Below are positions 9,103-18,889 of a DNA stretch of 31,525 nt, in pieces; position 1 is the first letter of the stretch; each line of letters begins with the position of its first letter. Origin of the DNA: Pseudomonadota bacterium (GTDB taxonomy: Bacteria > Bdellovibrionota_B > Oligoflexia > Oligoflexales > CAIYRB01); contig JANOTL010000198.1 of NCBI GenBank assembly GCA_031416315.1, positions 1-31,525 of the forward strand, written 5' to 3'. Made by a program: the position numbers and the translations under genes. The notes below the pieces were generated by a model that was given only the letters and a program-made list of their open reading frames with translations, did not search any database and was not told where the DNA came from.

Positions 9103-10602
9103 ATGCGCTCGTGGTCCTTGCCGATTCTTGCCGTGCTCGCGACCGGGATCGCCGCCAGCTCATGCCGCGGTCGCAACGAGCCGAGCGCGCAGCTCCGTGC
9201 CGACGAAACTGCGCCTGCAGCCACGACCGCCAACGAAGCCTCGAGCGTTCCCGAGGCCGCCCCCGACTGCGGCGAGATCGACGCGGTGAGCTCCGAGAAG
9301 CTGACTGGTGGCCAGGTCTTCGACCTCACGTCGCGCTGCGTCTTCGACCGCGACGTTCACGAAGTCCGGATCCGCATCTTGAGCGAGACGTTCCAGAAGG
9401 TGCTCGACGACGGCTGCGCCGACAAGGACTCGGGCTACGGTCACGTGATCGAGCTCGTCCTCGACGGCAAGAGGATCGAGAACGTCGGCATCAAAGTGCG
9501 CGGCAACACCTCGAAGTGCAGCCCGAAGCGCCAATTCAAGTTCAAGTTCGACGCGGAGCAGGCCTTCTCGGTCTACGCCGGCAACTACGAGATGAAAGAG
9601 TTCCCGGCGAACGACGGCCGCACCTTCTTCGGCTTGGAAGGCTTCAGCGTCCGCGCCAGCGCCAACGACCCGACGATGATCCGCGAACGTATCTCGTCCA
9701 GGGTCTTCATCAGCACGGAGGAGCTCGCGCCCATCGCCGAGCGCGGCGGCCTCGTCTACCGCGTCGCCTTCGCCAAGCTCTTCGTGTCGTTCAACCGGCC
9801 GCAAAACCAGGGCCCCGAGGGTAGCTTCACCCGCCTCTTCGACAACTACTATTACGACTACAAGGGCCTTTACTCCCTCTCTGAGAACATCGACAAAACC
9901 TACCTGCGCTCGCGCTTCCAGAAGGGCGACGAGAAGATGAAGGGCTTCTTCCTCTACCAAGCCGACCTGGCGAAAGCCTGGTTTGAGAAGGCCAAATACG
10001 ACCGCAAAGGCTGGTCCGCGGAGTATGTCGACGGCAAGAAGGTGGACGACGAGGCATCCGCCGTCCTCGGCGACCAGAAGATCCTCGAGCTGATCGCGCT
10101 GCTCGAAAGCAACGCCACCGAGGCACAGCTCGCCGCCGTGATCGACGTCGACAACATCGTCAACTACGTCACCGGCGTCATGCTCACGGGCCACTGGGAC
10201 AGCATGATCGCCAACCGCAACAACGACTGGCTCTTCTTCAACGGCGCGAAGAAGCAGTGGCAGATCATCGCCTGGGACCTCGACAACAGCCAGGGCGCCC
10301 TCGTCGACCAGTACCACGATCTCATGCAGCCGCATCTCTACAAGCCGGCAAAGAACGGCGGCAAGCTCTTTACCGAGCTCTTCTCCGAGGCGCGGCCGAC
10401 CTTCCGCGCCAAGCTCAAGGACCGGGTGAAAAAAATCCTCGCCGGCTCGCAAAGCGAGTCGAGCTTCGAGGCGAGCGTCGACATGCTAGAAAACACGGTG
10501 AAGACGAGCGTCGAAGGCTGGGAAGGCTACAGCCACGGCTCGTTCGAAGACATCAAGAACTTCGTGAAGGCCCGCAAGAAAGCGCTGAAGCCGCAGCTTT
10601 GA
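9103..10602 (+). CDS. CotH-family kinase lipoprotein
   Basis: AGGAG SD; lipoprotein-like signal (IAASSC); motifs GIKVRGN, DPTMIRERIS, ENID, HWDS..NN, WDLDNS. Confidence 0.8.
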   Translation: MRSWSLPILAVLATGIAASSCRGRNEPSAQLRADETAPAATTANEASSVPEAAPDCGEIDAVSSEKLTGGQVFDLTSRCVFDRDVHEVRIRILSETFQKVLDDGCADKDSGYGHVIELVLDGKRIENVGIKVRGNTSKCSPKRQFKFKFDAEQAFSVYAGNYEMKEFPANDGRTFFGLEGFSVRASANDPTMIRERISSRVFISTEELAPIAERGGLVYRVAFAKLFVSFNRPQNQGPEGSFTRLFDNYYYDYKGLYSLSENIDKTYLRSRFQKGDEKMKGFFLYQADLAKAWFEKAKYDRKGWSAEYVDGKKVDDEASAVLGDQKILELIALLESNATEAQLAAVIDVDNIVNYVTGVMLTGHWDSMIANRNNDWLFFNGAKKQWQIIAWDLDNSQGALVDQYHDLMQPHLYKPAKNGGKLFTELFSEARPTFRAKLKDRVKKILAGSQSESSFEASVDMLENTVKTSVEGWEGYSHGSFEDIKNFVKARKKALKPQL

Positions 10603-10611
10603 GCTCGTCTA

Positions 10612-11418
10612 TCAGCGCCGCGAGCGCCGCTCGACCCGCCGCAACCGCGGCGGCTCCGACTTCGGCGAGGGCGCCGGCGGCGGCGTCTCCTTCACGGCCG
10701 GCGTCACGACGGCTTCGGAGACGACGACCTGGACCTCGTCCTTGGTCAGCTTCTCGTGACGAAGAATCCGGCGCAGCGGGCCGCGGAATCCTTCGAGGCT
10801 GACGAAGCGCTCGCGCTGGATCCCCTCGCCCGGTCCGCGCACCACCCGGCCACCCGTCGCGTGCACGACGTCGCCGCGAAAGACCGCTTGGCCCTCGACC
10901 TCGGCATGCCGCTTCTCCAGAATCACCATGTGGCCGTCGTATACGAGGAAGTCGCCGGCCTGCGCGTCTTGAAGCCGCAGGTCCAAGTCGACCAAACCGT
11001 AACGCTTGCGCAACTCGGAGCCTGAAAGCGCGAGCATCGTCTTCGTGTCGAGGTAGGGATAAGGGAGGCCGGCCGTCGTGAATACCAAGGCCGCGAAATG
11101 GCTGCAGTCGAGGCTGCACCGACTGCACATCCCGCAGACCTTGAGCCGCGCCTTCGGCGAGGGCTCTTTCTGTGCCAGGCACTCGTTGCAAAGCTTGCAG
11201 TCGTCGCTGTCACCGATCTGATAGCCGCCGTAGACGTAGGAGACGAGCGCCTGGTCGAGGATCTCGCCGGCCACGTCGCGAATGCGCTCGCGGACCTCGG
11301 CGATCGGAACCGGCGTCGTCTTCGCGGGCGTCGGCGCGGCGCCGAGCGCGCACAGCGCCGCCGCAGTCAGAGCCAGGCTGCGCAATAATTGCCGGGTTTT
11401 GTGGAGTTGCCATCGCAT
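10612..11418 (-). CDS. NlpC/P60-superfamily cysteine peptidase with a Cys-rich insert
   Basis: Signal peptide; YVYGG...LDCSHF...GHMVI...VVHAT supply the Cys-His-His residues. Confidence 0.7.
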   Translation of the reverse strand: MRWQLHKTRQLLRSLALTAAALCALGAAPTPAKTTPVPIAEVRERIRDVAGEILDQALVSYVYGGYQIGDSDDCKLCNECLAQKEPSPKARLKVCGMCSRCSLDCSHFAALVFTTAGLPYPYLDTKTMLALSGSELRKRYGLVDLDLRLQDAQAGDFLVYDGHMVILEKRHAEVEGQAVFRGDVVHATGGRVVRGPGEGIQRERFVSLEGFRGPLRRILRHEKLTKDEVQVVVSEAVVTPAVKETPPPAPSPKSEPPRLRRVERRSRR

Positions 11419-11486
11419 GAGCTAGCCATCGTCCTATACGGGCTTCCACATGATATTATAGGAAGTGCCCGCCGTTTAGGTCTCAC

Positions 11487-12926
11487 TTGAGCGTCTACAG
11501 CTATACCAAACAAGTCCGCGCAGTCCTGGCCGTCGAGGCGGTGATCATCGCCTCGGTCGCAGCCGTGAGCTATGCCTTTTGGACGAAGCTCTGCGACGAC
11601 ACCCTGGAGAGCTGCGTCGCCACCGGGAGCGTCCTCGGCCCGGTCACCTTCCTCTTGCTCTCCGCCATTCGCCCGTTCGTCTTCACGCCGCTCTTTTTCG
11701 TCGCGGTGATCGGCGGCAAGGCCTTTGGGCCGATCGGCGGCACCTTGATGACGGTCCTCGGCTGCACGCTGTCCGGGATGATCGTCTTCGGCATCGCCAA
11801 AGTCCTCGGCCGGCGCATGACCAAGCCCTGGCTGCGCTCGAACTTGCCGGCGACCTTTAAATTCATCCGCTCGCAGGACTACAAGGTGGTCTTCGCACTG
11901 CGGCTCATCCCGTTCCTCCCCTTCGACCTCGCCTCACTCTGGTTCGGCGCGCTCGATTTCCGCGCCAAGAGCGTCCTCATCGCCACGGCGCTCGGCTCGA
12001 TCCCGGAGGCGTACCTCTTCTCGAAGCTCGTCGATCCGACGGAGACGCTCCTCGACGCCACGCTCATGTCGCTCGCGACCGTCGGCCTCGGGATGATCGC
12101 GCCGCTCCTCGTCTTCGAGTTTTTGAGCCGTAAAAAGGGCACCGGGATGTGGCAAACGCTCCGCGCCATGTACCGCGAGATCCATTACGAGGTTCAGTCC
12201 AACAACGACATCGTGAAACGCCAGTCCTTCGACGCCGACCAGACGCCCGTTCTCCTCCTTTACGGCTTCTTCTCCTCGCGCCGCGCCGTCACCGTGCTCG
12301 AGAAGATGCTGACGACCCGCGGCCACCAGGTCTTGTCGTTCAACCTCGGCGGCCTCATGGGGACCTTCTTCACCAGAGACATCCTCGAGACGGCGAACTT
12401 CATCGACTACAAGATCAAGCGCCAGGTCGAGCGCCACGGCTTCAAGAAGATCCACATCGTCGCCCATTCGAAAGGCGGAATGGTCGCGCTCTGGTGGGCT
12501 TTGAAGCTCGGCGGCCACAAGTACTGCGACCGCGTCGTCACGATGGGGACGCCGTACAACGGCTCGCTCCTCACCTACCTCGCGCTGATGACCCCGCTCG
12601 GCTTCATCTGGCGCGACATGGGCCAGATGCGGCCTGGCTCGCAGTTCCTGAAGAGCCTGCACGACGTCGAGATTCCAGACGCGTTCAAAGTCTATTGCCT
12701 GAACTCGGCGAAAGACAAAGTCGCCAGCGGCCGTGCCGGGATCTTCCGCCCCCGCAAGGCGAGCCCGAACGTGATCAACGTGCCGATGAACCACATCTCG
12801 CACTTCGAGTTCCTCTATCGCCGGGATGTGGGGGACACGATCTCGCGGATCTTGCGCGGGGAAGAGCCGGCGGCTGCGGAGGTCGCCCCGGCAGCCTCGA
12901 TCTTGCCGGTGTCGGGCTTCGAATAA
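11487..12926 (+). CDS. DedA/VTT (TVP38-like) membrane domain fused to an alpha/beta-hydrolase (lipase-like)
   Basis: TTG start. N-half is hydrophobic with GGKAFGPIGG, LRLIPFLPFD and GSIP. C-half has PVLLLYGF, AHSKGG, VVTMGTPYNGS, DKV and SHFEF. Confidence 0.85.
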   Translation: MSVYSYTKQVRAVLAVEAVIIASVAAVSYAFWTKLCDDTLESCVATGSVLGPVTFLLLSAIRPFVFTPLFFVAVIGGKAFGPIGGTLMTVLGCTLSGMIVFGIAKVLGRRMTKPWLRSNLPATFKFIRSQDYKVVFALRLIPFLPFDLASLWFGALDFRAKSVLIATALGSIPEAYLFSKLVDPTETLLDATLMSLATVGLGMIAPLLVFEFLSRKKGTGMWQTLRAMYREIHYEVQSNNDIVKRQSFDADQTPVLLLYGFFSSRRAVTVLEKMLTTRGHQVLSFNLGGLMGTFFTRDILETANFIDYKIKRQVERHGFKKIHIVAHSKGGMVALWWALKLGGHKYCDRVVTMGTPYNGSLLTYLALMTPLGFIWRDMGQMRPGSQFLKSLHDVEIPDAFKVYCLNSAKDKVASGRAGIFRPRKASPNVINVPMNHISHFEFLYRRDVGDTISRILRGEEPAAAEVAPAASILPVSGFE

Positions 12927-12962
12927 GGCCGCAGGCCCCCAACCTTCCTCGCCGATTCCGCC

Positions 12963-12990
12963 TCAAGGCGCGCCTGAAATCTGCCGATCA
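12963..12990 (+). promoter_or_regulatory. Sigma28 (FliA)-like promoter, probably leaderless
   Basis: TCAAG-N15-GCCGATCA-N7-ATG(12998). Confidence 0.55.
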
Positions 12991-12997
12991 AGCCGGT

Positions 12998-14137
12998 ATG
13001 GGAACGCGCGTCAAGAGCTACATCCTGATCCTGGTCACTCTGGCCGGCGGCTGCCGTGACGCGGGCAGCGACGCCAAGACCGCTGGGAATGCGACGGCCA
13101 CGGCCCCCGCTCTCGCGACCCCCACGGCGCCCGCCCCGGAAGAGGAGGCGGTTGCTCCGATCGTAGTGGCCGGCATCTACCTCCTTTCGTGCTCGTCCGA
13201 CACCCGCACCTCCTACGTGAAGAAGGCCGATGCGGCGGACAGCATCGTCGCGTGCATCGTCGCCGATGCCGACGGCAAGCAGGTCGACCTCGAGACCTAT
13301 GCCACGATCGTCGAGACCCCGGCAGGCGACGTCGTGACGCCGGAGGCGGTGCCGAAAGAGACCGAAGCACCGTGGCAAGTCGGGTTCCGGCTCCCCGACC
13401 AAGGCGCGGTCACGAAGGTACGCCTCACCGGCACGGCCAAGGGGCAGCCGCTCGCGCTCGAGTCGAGCGACCTCAGTTTCTCGTGGCAGCGCCACCCGGT
13501 CTTCAGCGCCTACGTCGACCTCCTGCGCCTCACCATCAAGGTCATCGACCACAAGGCCGAATTCACCGATCCGACGGCCGCGGAGCCGAACGCCCACATG
13601 GTCTTCTTCACCGAGTCGTATCACTCGGGTGACCTCGGGGGCCCGCAAGGCGCCGACGCGATCTGCGTCACGGAAGGGTCGACCTTGCCGTTCAAGACGC
13701 CGCGAACGCATTGGAAGGCGCTGCTTTCGACGAGCAAGACGGACGCGCGCGATCGCGTCACGATCGGCGGACCCGTGCGCGACTATGAATACGAGCGTCC
13801 CTCGGAGGCTCCGGACGAGTTTTGGCGGGCCGAACATCGCGATCGCGTGCGCTTTACGTCGGCCGGTCGCATCATCGGCCAGGGCACCTGGGACGACGCG
13901 CTCGACCTGCCGGTCTTCCTCGCCACCGCGTGGATGGCCTCGACGCCGACCGGAGTCTACGACCCGAGCTTCGGCGACTGCGAAGGGTGGACCTCCTCCG
14001 CCGCGACGGCCTCGGGCGGCGGCGCCCGGTTTCCCGCCGTGCCGACGGACGAAGAGACCTACTTCGTCGACCCCTGGCTCACGAACGGCGCCAGGCGCTG
14101 CAACCAGCTGGGCCGAATCCTCTGTATCAGCCAATGA
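12998..14137 (+). CDS. Lipoprotein with a C-terminal DUF1554/endostatin-like domain
   Basis: Real start is inside ORF 12149..14137: MGTRVKSYILILVTLAGGC (lipobox-like). Domain motifs GDLGGPQGADAIC, WKALLS, CEGWTS, RILCISQ. Confidence 0.75.
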   Translation: MGTRVKSYILILVTLAGGCRDAGSDAKTAGNATATAPALATPTAPAPEEEAVAPIVVAGIYLLSCSSDTRTSYVKKADAADSIVACIVADADGKQVDLETYATIVETPAGDVVTPEAVPKETEAPWQVGFRLPDQGAVTKVRLTGTAKGQPLALESSDLSFSWQRHPVFSAYVDLLRLTIKVIDHKAEFTDPTAAEPNAHMVFFTESYHSGDLGGPQGADAICVTEGSTLPFKTPRTHWKALLSTSKTDARDRVTIGGPVRDYEYERPSEAPDEFWRAEHRDRVRFTSAGRIIGQGTWDDALDLPVFLATAWMASTPTGVYDPSFGDCEGWTSSAATASGGGARFPAVPTDEETYFVDPWLTNGARRCNQLGRILCISQ

Positions 14138-14213
14138 GGCCGAGGGCTTAGAATTGGACTTGCGGCCCTGCCCGTGGGCCGCTAACCATGGTCGACCCTA
14201 ACCGAGGTTCCCT

Positions 14214-14588
14214 GTGAGGCCGAGCTCCGAGGCGCGCGAGCCGAGATATCCGTTTGCCGGACGTGTCCGCGTGACCGTGCCGTTCGCGCCGTGGCGGCTC
14301 GTGATCAGCGCCCGCGCGCAAAACGTGTCGACGAGCGGCGTCAGCGCCATCCTCTTGCCCTCGAAGGTGCAAGGGCGCGAGGAGCTCCTGCTGGAAGGCG
14401 ATCCCTTCGACCTCCAGCTGGAGCACGAGGCCGGCGACGAGCGCGGGCTGCCGATGCCGACCGTCGCGGCGCGGCTGACGCGCAAGCAGAAGACTGCGGC
14501 CGGGCTGGAGCTCGCTTTCTCGTTCGAGCGGCCGAGCGAAGACCTTTTGGCCTTCGTCCACGACCTCCGCACGGCGGGCGCGCCGTGA
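14214..14588 (+). CDS. Stand-alone PilZ-like protein
   Basis: Near-canonical REPR(Y)P Arg motif and NVSTSG (D/NxSxxG). The stop overlaps the panP start (GTGA). Confidence 0.65.
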   Translation: MRPSSEAREPRYPFAGRVRVTVPFAPWRLVISARAQNVSTSGVSAILLPSKVQGREELLLEGDPFDLQLEHEAGDERGLPMPTVAARLTRKQKTAAGLELAFSFERPSEDLLAFVHDLRTAGAP

Positions 14589-16237
14589 AGCAAAAAAAGG
14601 CCGAAGCCACACTCGAGACGATGCGCAAGGTCTTCACCCTCCCAGAGGGCGACGACTCGAAGCTGGCGCGCCTCGACCGCGAGATCTCGGAGAACCTCCT
14701 CGGCTTCCTGAAGGACCGGATCGTCGCCGGCGACATCGCGCCGGCGAATCTCGAGCAGGATTTCCTCGAGACGCGCATCCCGGACGACCCGATGTTCGTC
14801 GCCGAGCAGACCGACTTTCTCCTGAGCAAGGTCGTGTCGCAGTCGGTGCACACCTGGAGCCCGAACTTCATCGGCCACATGACCTCGGCCATCCCCTACT
14901 TCATGCTGCCGCTCGCCAAGATCATGGTCGCCTTGAACCAAAATCTCGTGAAAATCGAGACCTCCAAGGCCTTCACGCCGCTCGAGCGCCAAGTGATCGG
15001 GATGCTGCACCGTCTCATTTACGGCGACACGCCTGCCTGCGACGACGCCTTTTACGGGCAGTGGACCCAGGACTTCAACCATTCGATCGGCACCTTTTGC
15101 TCCGGCGGCACGGTCGCCAACATCACCGGTCTCTGGGTGGCGCGGAACAAGCTCCTGCCCGGCGTCTCCGAGAACGGCCTCGGGCGCGCGCTGCTCGACC
15201 AGGGCTACGAGGACCTGGCCGTCTTGGTGTCGCGGCGCGGGCATTATTCGCTGAAGAAGGCGGCGGACCTCCTCGGCCTCGGGCGCAAAAACCTGGTGGC
15301 GATTCCGGTCGACCGGCATCACAAGGTCGACGTCGCCGAGATGGCGCGCACGGCGCGTGAGCTGAAGCAGCGGAAGGTCGGGATCGTCGCCATCGTCGGC
15401 ATCGCCGGCTCGACCGAGACCGGCAGCGTCGACCGCCTGGACCTGCTCGCAGACCTAGCGCAGGAGCTCGGCTGCTCCTACCACGTCGACGCCGCATGGG
15501 GCGGCCCGACGCTTTTCTCCGCGCGTTACCGCGGGCTCTTGAAGGGCATCGAGCGCGCCGACTCCGTGACCATCGACGCCCACAAGCAGCTTTACGTGCC
15601 GATGGGCGCCGGCGCCTGCCTGTTTCGCGATCCGCACGCCCTCGACGAGATCGAGACCAACGCGAACTACATTATTCGCCGCGGCTCGCGTGATATCGGC
15701 AAGCACACGCTCGAGGGCTCGCGCCCCGGCATGGCGATGCTCGTGCACTCGGGGCTACGCATTCTCGGGCGTCGCGGCTACGAGCTGCTCATTGACCTCG
15801 GCATCGGCAAGGCCGGGCAGTTTGCCAAAATGATCAAAGCAACCAACGATTTCGAGGTGGTGACCGAGCCAGAGCTGAACCTCCTCACGTACCGCTACGT
15901 GCCGGAGCTCGCGAAGAAGATCCTGGCGACGGGGTCGCTCGATCAGCGCGCCGCGGCCAACGAGATCTTGAGCGACATGACCGAGTCGATCCAGAAAATC
16001 CAGCGCGCGGCTGGTAAGACCTTCGTCTCGCGGACGCGTTTCGAGGCGAAGCAGCACGACGACAAGGTCCTGTCGGTCTTCCGCGTCGTGCTGGCGAATC
16101 CTTTGACGACGCGGCAGATCCTGGCCGAGATCCTCGAAGAGCAACGCGGCTACGGCGTCGAGATCCTCGAGAGCGAAGGCCATGGCACGAAGCTCGCCGC
16201 GGTCTTGGGCGGCGCGGCGGCGGCGGGCGGCGTATGA
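14585..16237 (+). CDS. panP: Pyridoxal-dependent aspartate 1-decarboxylase
   Basis: [16 protein letters not shown]...[36 protein letters not shown] (PLP lysine), [20 protein letters not shown] start at 14585. Confidence 0.9.
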   Translation: MKQKKAEATLETMRKVFTLPEGDDSKLARLDREISENLLGFLKDRIVAGDIAPANLEQDFLETRIPDDPMFVAEQTDFLLSKVVSQSVHTWSPNFIGHMTSAIPYFMLPLAKIMVALNQNLVKIETSKAFTPLERQVIGMLHRLIYGDTPACDDAFYGQWTQDFNHSIGTFCSGGTVANITGLWVARNKLLPGVSENGLGRALLDQGYEDLAVLVSRRGHYSLKKAADLLGLGRKNLVAIPVDRHHKVDVAEMARTARELKQRKVGIVAIVGIAGSTETGSVDRLDLLADLAQELGCSYHVDAAWGGPTLFSARYRGLLKGIERADSVTIDAHKQLYVPMGAGACLFRDPHALDEIETNANYIIRRGSRDIGKHTLEGSRPGMAMLVHSGLRILGRRGYELLIDLGIGKAGQFAKMIKATNDFEVVTEPELNLLTYRYVPELAKKILATGSLDQRAAANEILSDMTESIQKIQRAAGKTFVSRTRFEAKQHDDKVLSVFRVVLANPLTTRQILAEILEEQRGYGVEILESEGHGTKLAAVLGGAAAAGGV

Positions 16238-16821
16238 AGCGCGTCGTCATGATCGACAACTACGATTCGTTCACGTTCAACCTTGTGCAGTATCTCCAAG
16301 AGCTCGGCCTCGAGGTCGAGACCGTGCGCAACGACGCCGCGACTCTCGACGTGCTCCTCGCGAAGAAAGCTTCGTTCTTCATGCTGTCGCCCGGACCCTC
16401 GAGCCCCGATCAGGCGGGCGTTTGCCTCGCGCTCATTGCGGCGTGCGCCAAAGCCCGGCGCCCGCTGCTCGGCGTATGCCTTGGGCATCAGGCGATCGGC
16501 CAGGCGTTCGGCGGCAAGGTGGTGCGTGCGGAGCTGCCGATGCACGGCAAGCTCTCCCAGGTCTCGCACAAGGGCAAGGGCTCTTTCGCCGGCCTCCCCT
16601 CCCCGTTCACCGCGACGCGCTATCATTCCCTGATCGTCGAACGCGCGAGCCTGCCGGCGTGCCTCGAGATCACGGCGGAGACGGCGGACGGCACGATCAT
16701 GGGGCTTCGTCACAAGGAGACGCTGATGGAGGGTGTGCAGTTTCATCCGGAGAGCGTCCTGACCGAGCACGGCCGGGCGATGCTCGCGACGTTCGCGCGC
16801 GCCGCCGAAGCTTGGACTTAA
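16234..16821 (+). CDS. trpG: Glutamine amidotransferase, anthranilate/aminodeoxychorismate synthase component II (TrpG/PabA)
   Basis: [38 protein letters not shown] overlap with panP. Confidence 0.9.
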   Translation: MKRVVMIDNYDSFTFNLVQYLQELGLEVETVRNDAATLDVLLAKKASFFMLSPGPSSPDQAGVCLALIAACAKARRPLLGVCLGHQAIGQAFGGKVVRAELPMHGKLSQVSHKGKGSFAGLPSPFTATRYHSLIVERASLPACLEITAETADGTIMGLRHKETLMEGVQFHPESVLTEHGRAMLATFARAAEAWT

Positions 16822-16826
16822 AGGCG

Positions 16827-17624
16827 ATGCTGAACTTGCGGACGATCTCCATCCTTTCGTGTCTCGTGCTGGCGGGTGGACTGCTTGCCTTGCGCTGCTC
16901 GACGGATACGGCCTCAACGCCTGCGGTGAAGGACAAAGGCAAGGACGAGGACGAGGACAAGGGCAAAGAAAGCGCCACGGCCGATGGCAGCGGCTCGGCG
17001 TCGCGATCTGCCGCCGGTTCAGGCTCGGGTGCGAAAGCTCAGGCAGCCCAGGACTCCGGCTCCACGGCAGCCTCCGGCAAAGGCAGCGCTGAGGAGCCCG
17101 AGGTCGCGCCCGAGGCTCCGGCGGATCCGACTTCGCCGGCAAGCGGCAGCTCGGAACCGGCCGAGCAGGTCGAGGCAGGGTCCGGAAGCGTCGCGCCCAC
17201 AGTGCCGACGACTTGCAGCGTGACCGCAGGGCTCGACACCGTCGAGGTCACGTTCTCGACTCCGATCGAGACTTGCCACGGCCAGGGTCGCGTCTGGGAT
17301 TTCTTCGAGGAACGCTGCGGAGCGATGCCGCGCGCGGCCACGTGCACGTGGGACTTCATCGACGGAGCGACCGCGGTTCGCCTCCCGCCCGAAGTCGACC
17401 GCACGAACTCGAAACTCGTCTGGTGCGGGACGGCCGACGGCGGTCACACGGTGATCGCGCAATTCCTGGTCCTAAAAGCCGGGGTCACGACGTTCCCGTG
17501 CGTTTTCGACTCCAAGGTCACGCCGCTGCAGGCGGTATGCTTGACCGACGTGCCTGCGCTCGTCGCGGGGCTCAGCGGCCAGCCCCACACAGTGGTCATT
17601 ACAGCTTGTGCCGGGCGCAGCTGA
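16827..17624 (+). CDS. Hypothetical exported or lipoprotein with a low-complexity linker and Cys-rich C-terminal domain
   Basis: Start inside ORF 16182..17624: MLNLRTISILSCLVLAGGLLALRC, then a Ser/Gly/Ala/Glu linker and a domain with eight Cys. Confidence 0.7.
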   Translation: MLNLRTISILSCLVLAGGLLALRCSTDTASTPAVKDKGKDEDEDKGKESATADGSGSASRSAAGSGSGAKAQAAQDSGSTAASGKGSAEEPEVAPEAPADPTSPASGSSEPAEQVEAGSGSVAPTVPTTCSVTAGLDTVEVTFSTPIETCHGQGRVWDFFEERCGAMPRAATCTWDFIDGATAVRLPPEVDRTNSKLVWCGTADGGHTVIAQFLVLKAGVTTFPCVFDSKVTPLQAVCLTDVPALVAGLSGQPHTVVITACAGRS

Positions 17625-17631
17625 GCCCGGT

Positions 17632-18048
17632 TCAGTCTGTGTACGGCTGCTTCATCTCGCGCCGTGCGGCGAGCACCATCCCAGCGAGGTAAATCAGGAG
17701 AATGACCGGCGTCCAGACGGCGATCAGCTTGGTAGCCGCCTCGTCGCCCGGGTTGCCGAGCTGCGTGACGCCGACCCAGGCCGCCGCGGCGCCGACGGCG
17801 ACCAGAATCGCATGCATCGCCGCGTGCCATTTCCCGAGCGCGGCGCCGAGGATGAGGAAGCCGAGCGGTGTGATAAGGACGCCGGCGACCAGCTCCGAGC
17901 GCAGGTCGCTCTCGCCGAAAGTGAGCCGGCTCACGAGCTGCGGCCAGTAAAAGCAGAGCATGAAGACGCCGGCGTAAATCGCCAGCGCCTTCACCGCGAT
18001 GTATGCCGCCTTGAAGGCCCCAGGCGTGGTCGACTCGTCATGACTCAT
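17632..18048 (-). CDS. Small membrane protein with four predicted transmembrane helices
   Basis: MSHDESTTPGAFKAAYIAV...; four hydrophobic segments; TATAAT lies 7 nt before the ATG. Confidence 0.7.
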   Translation of the reverse strand: MSHDESTTPGAFKAAYIAVKALAIYAGVFMLCFYWPQLVSRLTFGESDLRSELVAGVLITPLGFLILGAALGKWHAAMHAILVAVGAAAAWVGVTQLGNPGDEAATKLIAVWTPVILLIYLAGMVLAARREMKQPYTD

Positions 18049-18055
18049 GCCGACC

Positions 18056-18061
18056 ATTATA
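18056..18061 (-). promoter_or_regulatory. Consensus -10 box, leaderless geometry
   Basis: Minus strand reads gcgcTATAATggtcggcATG(18048). Confidence 0.5.
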
Positions 18062-18082
18062 GCGCGAATCGCCGCGCCGCGT

Positions 18083-18772
18083 TTACGGACGCACGAGGCC
18101 AATGTCGAAGCGCACCGAGCGCAGCGGCATGCCCGCCGCCGGATCGGCGTCGCGCAGCGCACAGACGACCTTTGCCTGCTCCGACGCTGGCAAAGCTTGC
18201 AGGATGCCGTCGCCGGCGTTGTAGCGGTTGCCGGCGAAGTACATCTGTGTCGTGACGCCGTGGAAGCCGCGCTTCTGCACCTTGTAGTGCACGTGCGGCG
18301 GGCGCTGCCAATTCTGAGAGGCCGGGTAGTCGCCCGGGATGACCGTCTTGAACAGGTACTCGCCGTTGACGTCGGTGAGGACTCGGCCCCAGTACTGGAA
18401 GTTCGGATCGAGCGGCAGGCCGCTCGAGTCGCCCGGGTGGCTGTAGCGGCCCGAGGCGCAGGCCTGCCAGATCTCGACGAGCGCGCCGGCGACCGGGTTG
18501 CAGGCGGCGTCGGTCACCTTGCCTTGAATGAAGATCTTCTCGCCCAAGACCTCGGCGCGGCCGCCGGCGGTCAGGTCCCAGTCGGTGTCGGGCTGGGAGC
18601 GCACCGGATAGAACGGGCCCTCGGTCTGAGCCGGGGTACGCGCGGCGCATTCTGCGGCGTCGGCGCGGCGGCCGAAGCCGAAAAGCGCGGCGAGGCCGCC
18701 GGCGGCGCCGGTGAGAGCGACGTGGCGCAGAAGGCCGCGGCGCGGCAAGGCAGACTGGGAGTCGTTGGCCAT
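18083..18772 (-). CDS. Tat-exported intradiol ring-cleavage dioxygenase-like protein
   Basis: RRGLL twin-arginine signal; TEGPFY, EIWQA, GRYSH, PGDY, RPPHVH, TTQMYF. Confidence 0.88.
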   Translation of the reverse strand: MANDSQSALPRRGLLRHVALTGAAGGLAALFGFGRRADAAECAARTPAQTEGPFYPVRSQPDTDWDLTAGGRAEVLGEKIFIQGKVTDAACNPVAGALVEIWQACASGRYSHPGDSSGLPLDPNFQYWGRVLTDVNGEYLFKTVIPGDYPASQNWQRPPHVHYKVQKRGFHGVTTQMYFAGNRYNAGDGILQALPASEQAKVVCALRDADPAAGMPLRSVRFDIGLVRP

Positions 18773-18889
18773 GGGGATACCCTCTCTTGAGCTCGTTTGA
18801 AGGGTGAACCTAGCGCAAGCCTCCTGGTAGAGGCCAATACCATGGCGCCATGCCTTCCATAGGCCGAGGCTATGGCTGTTCGCTGGCCT

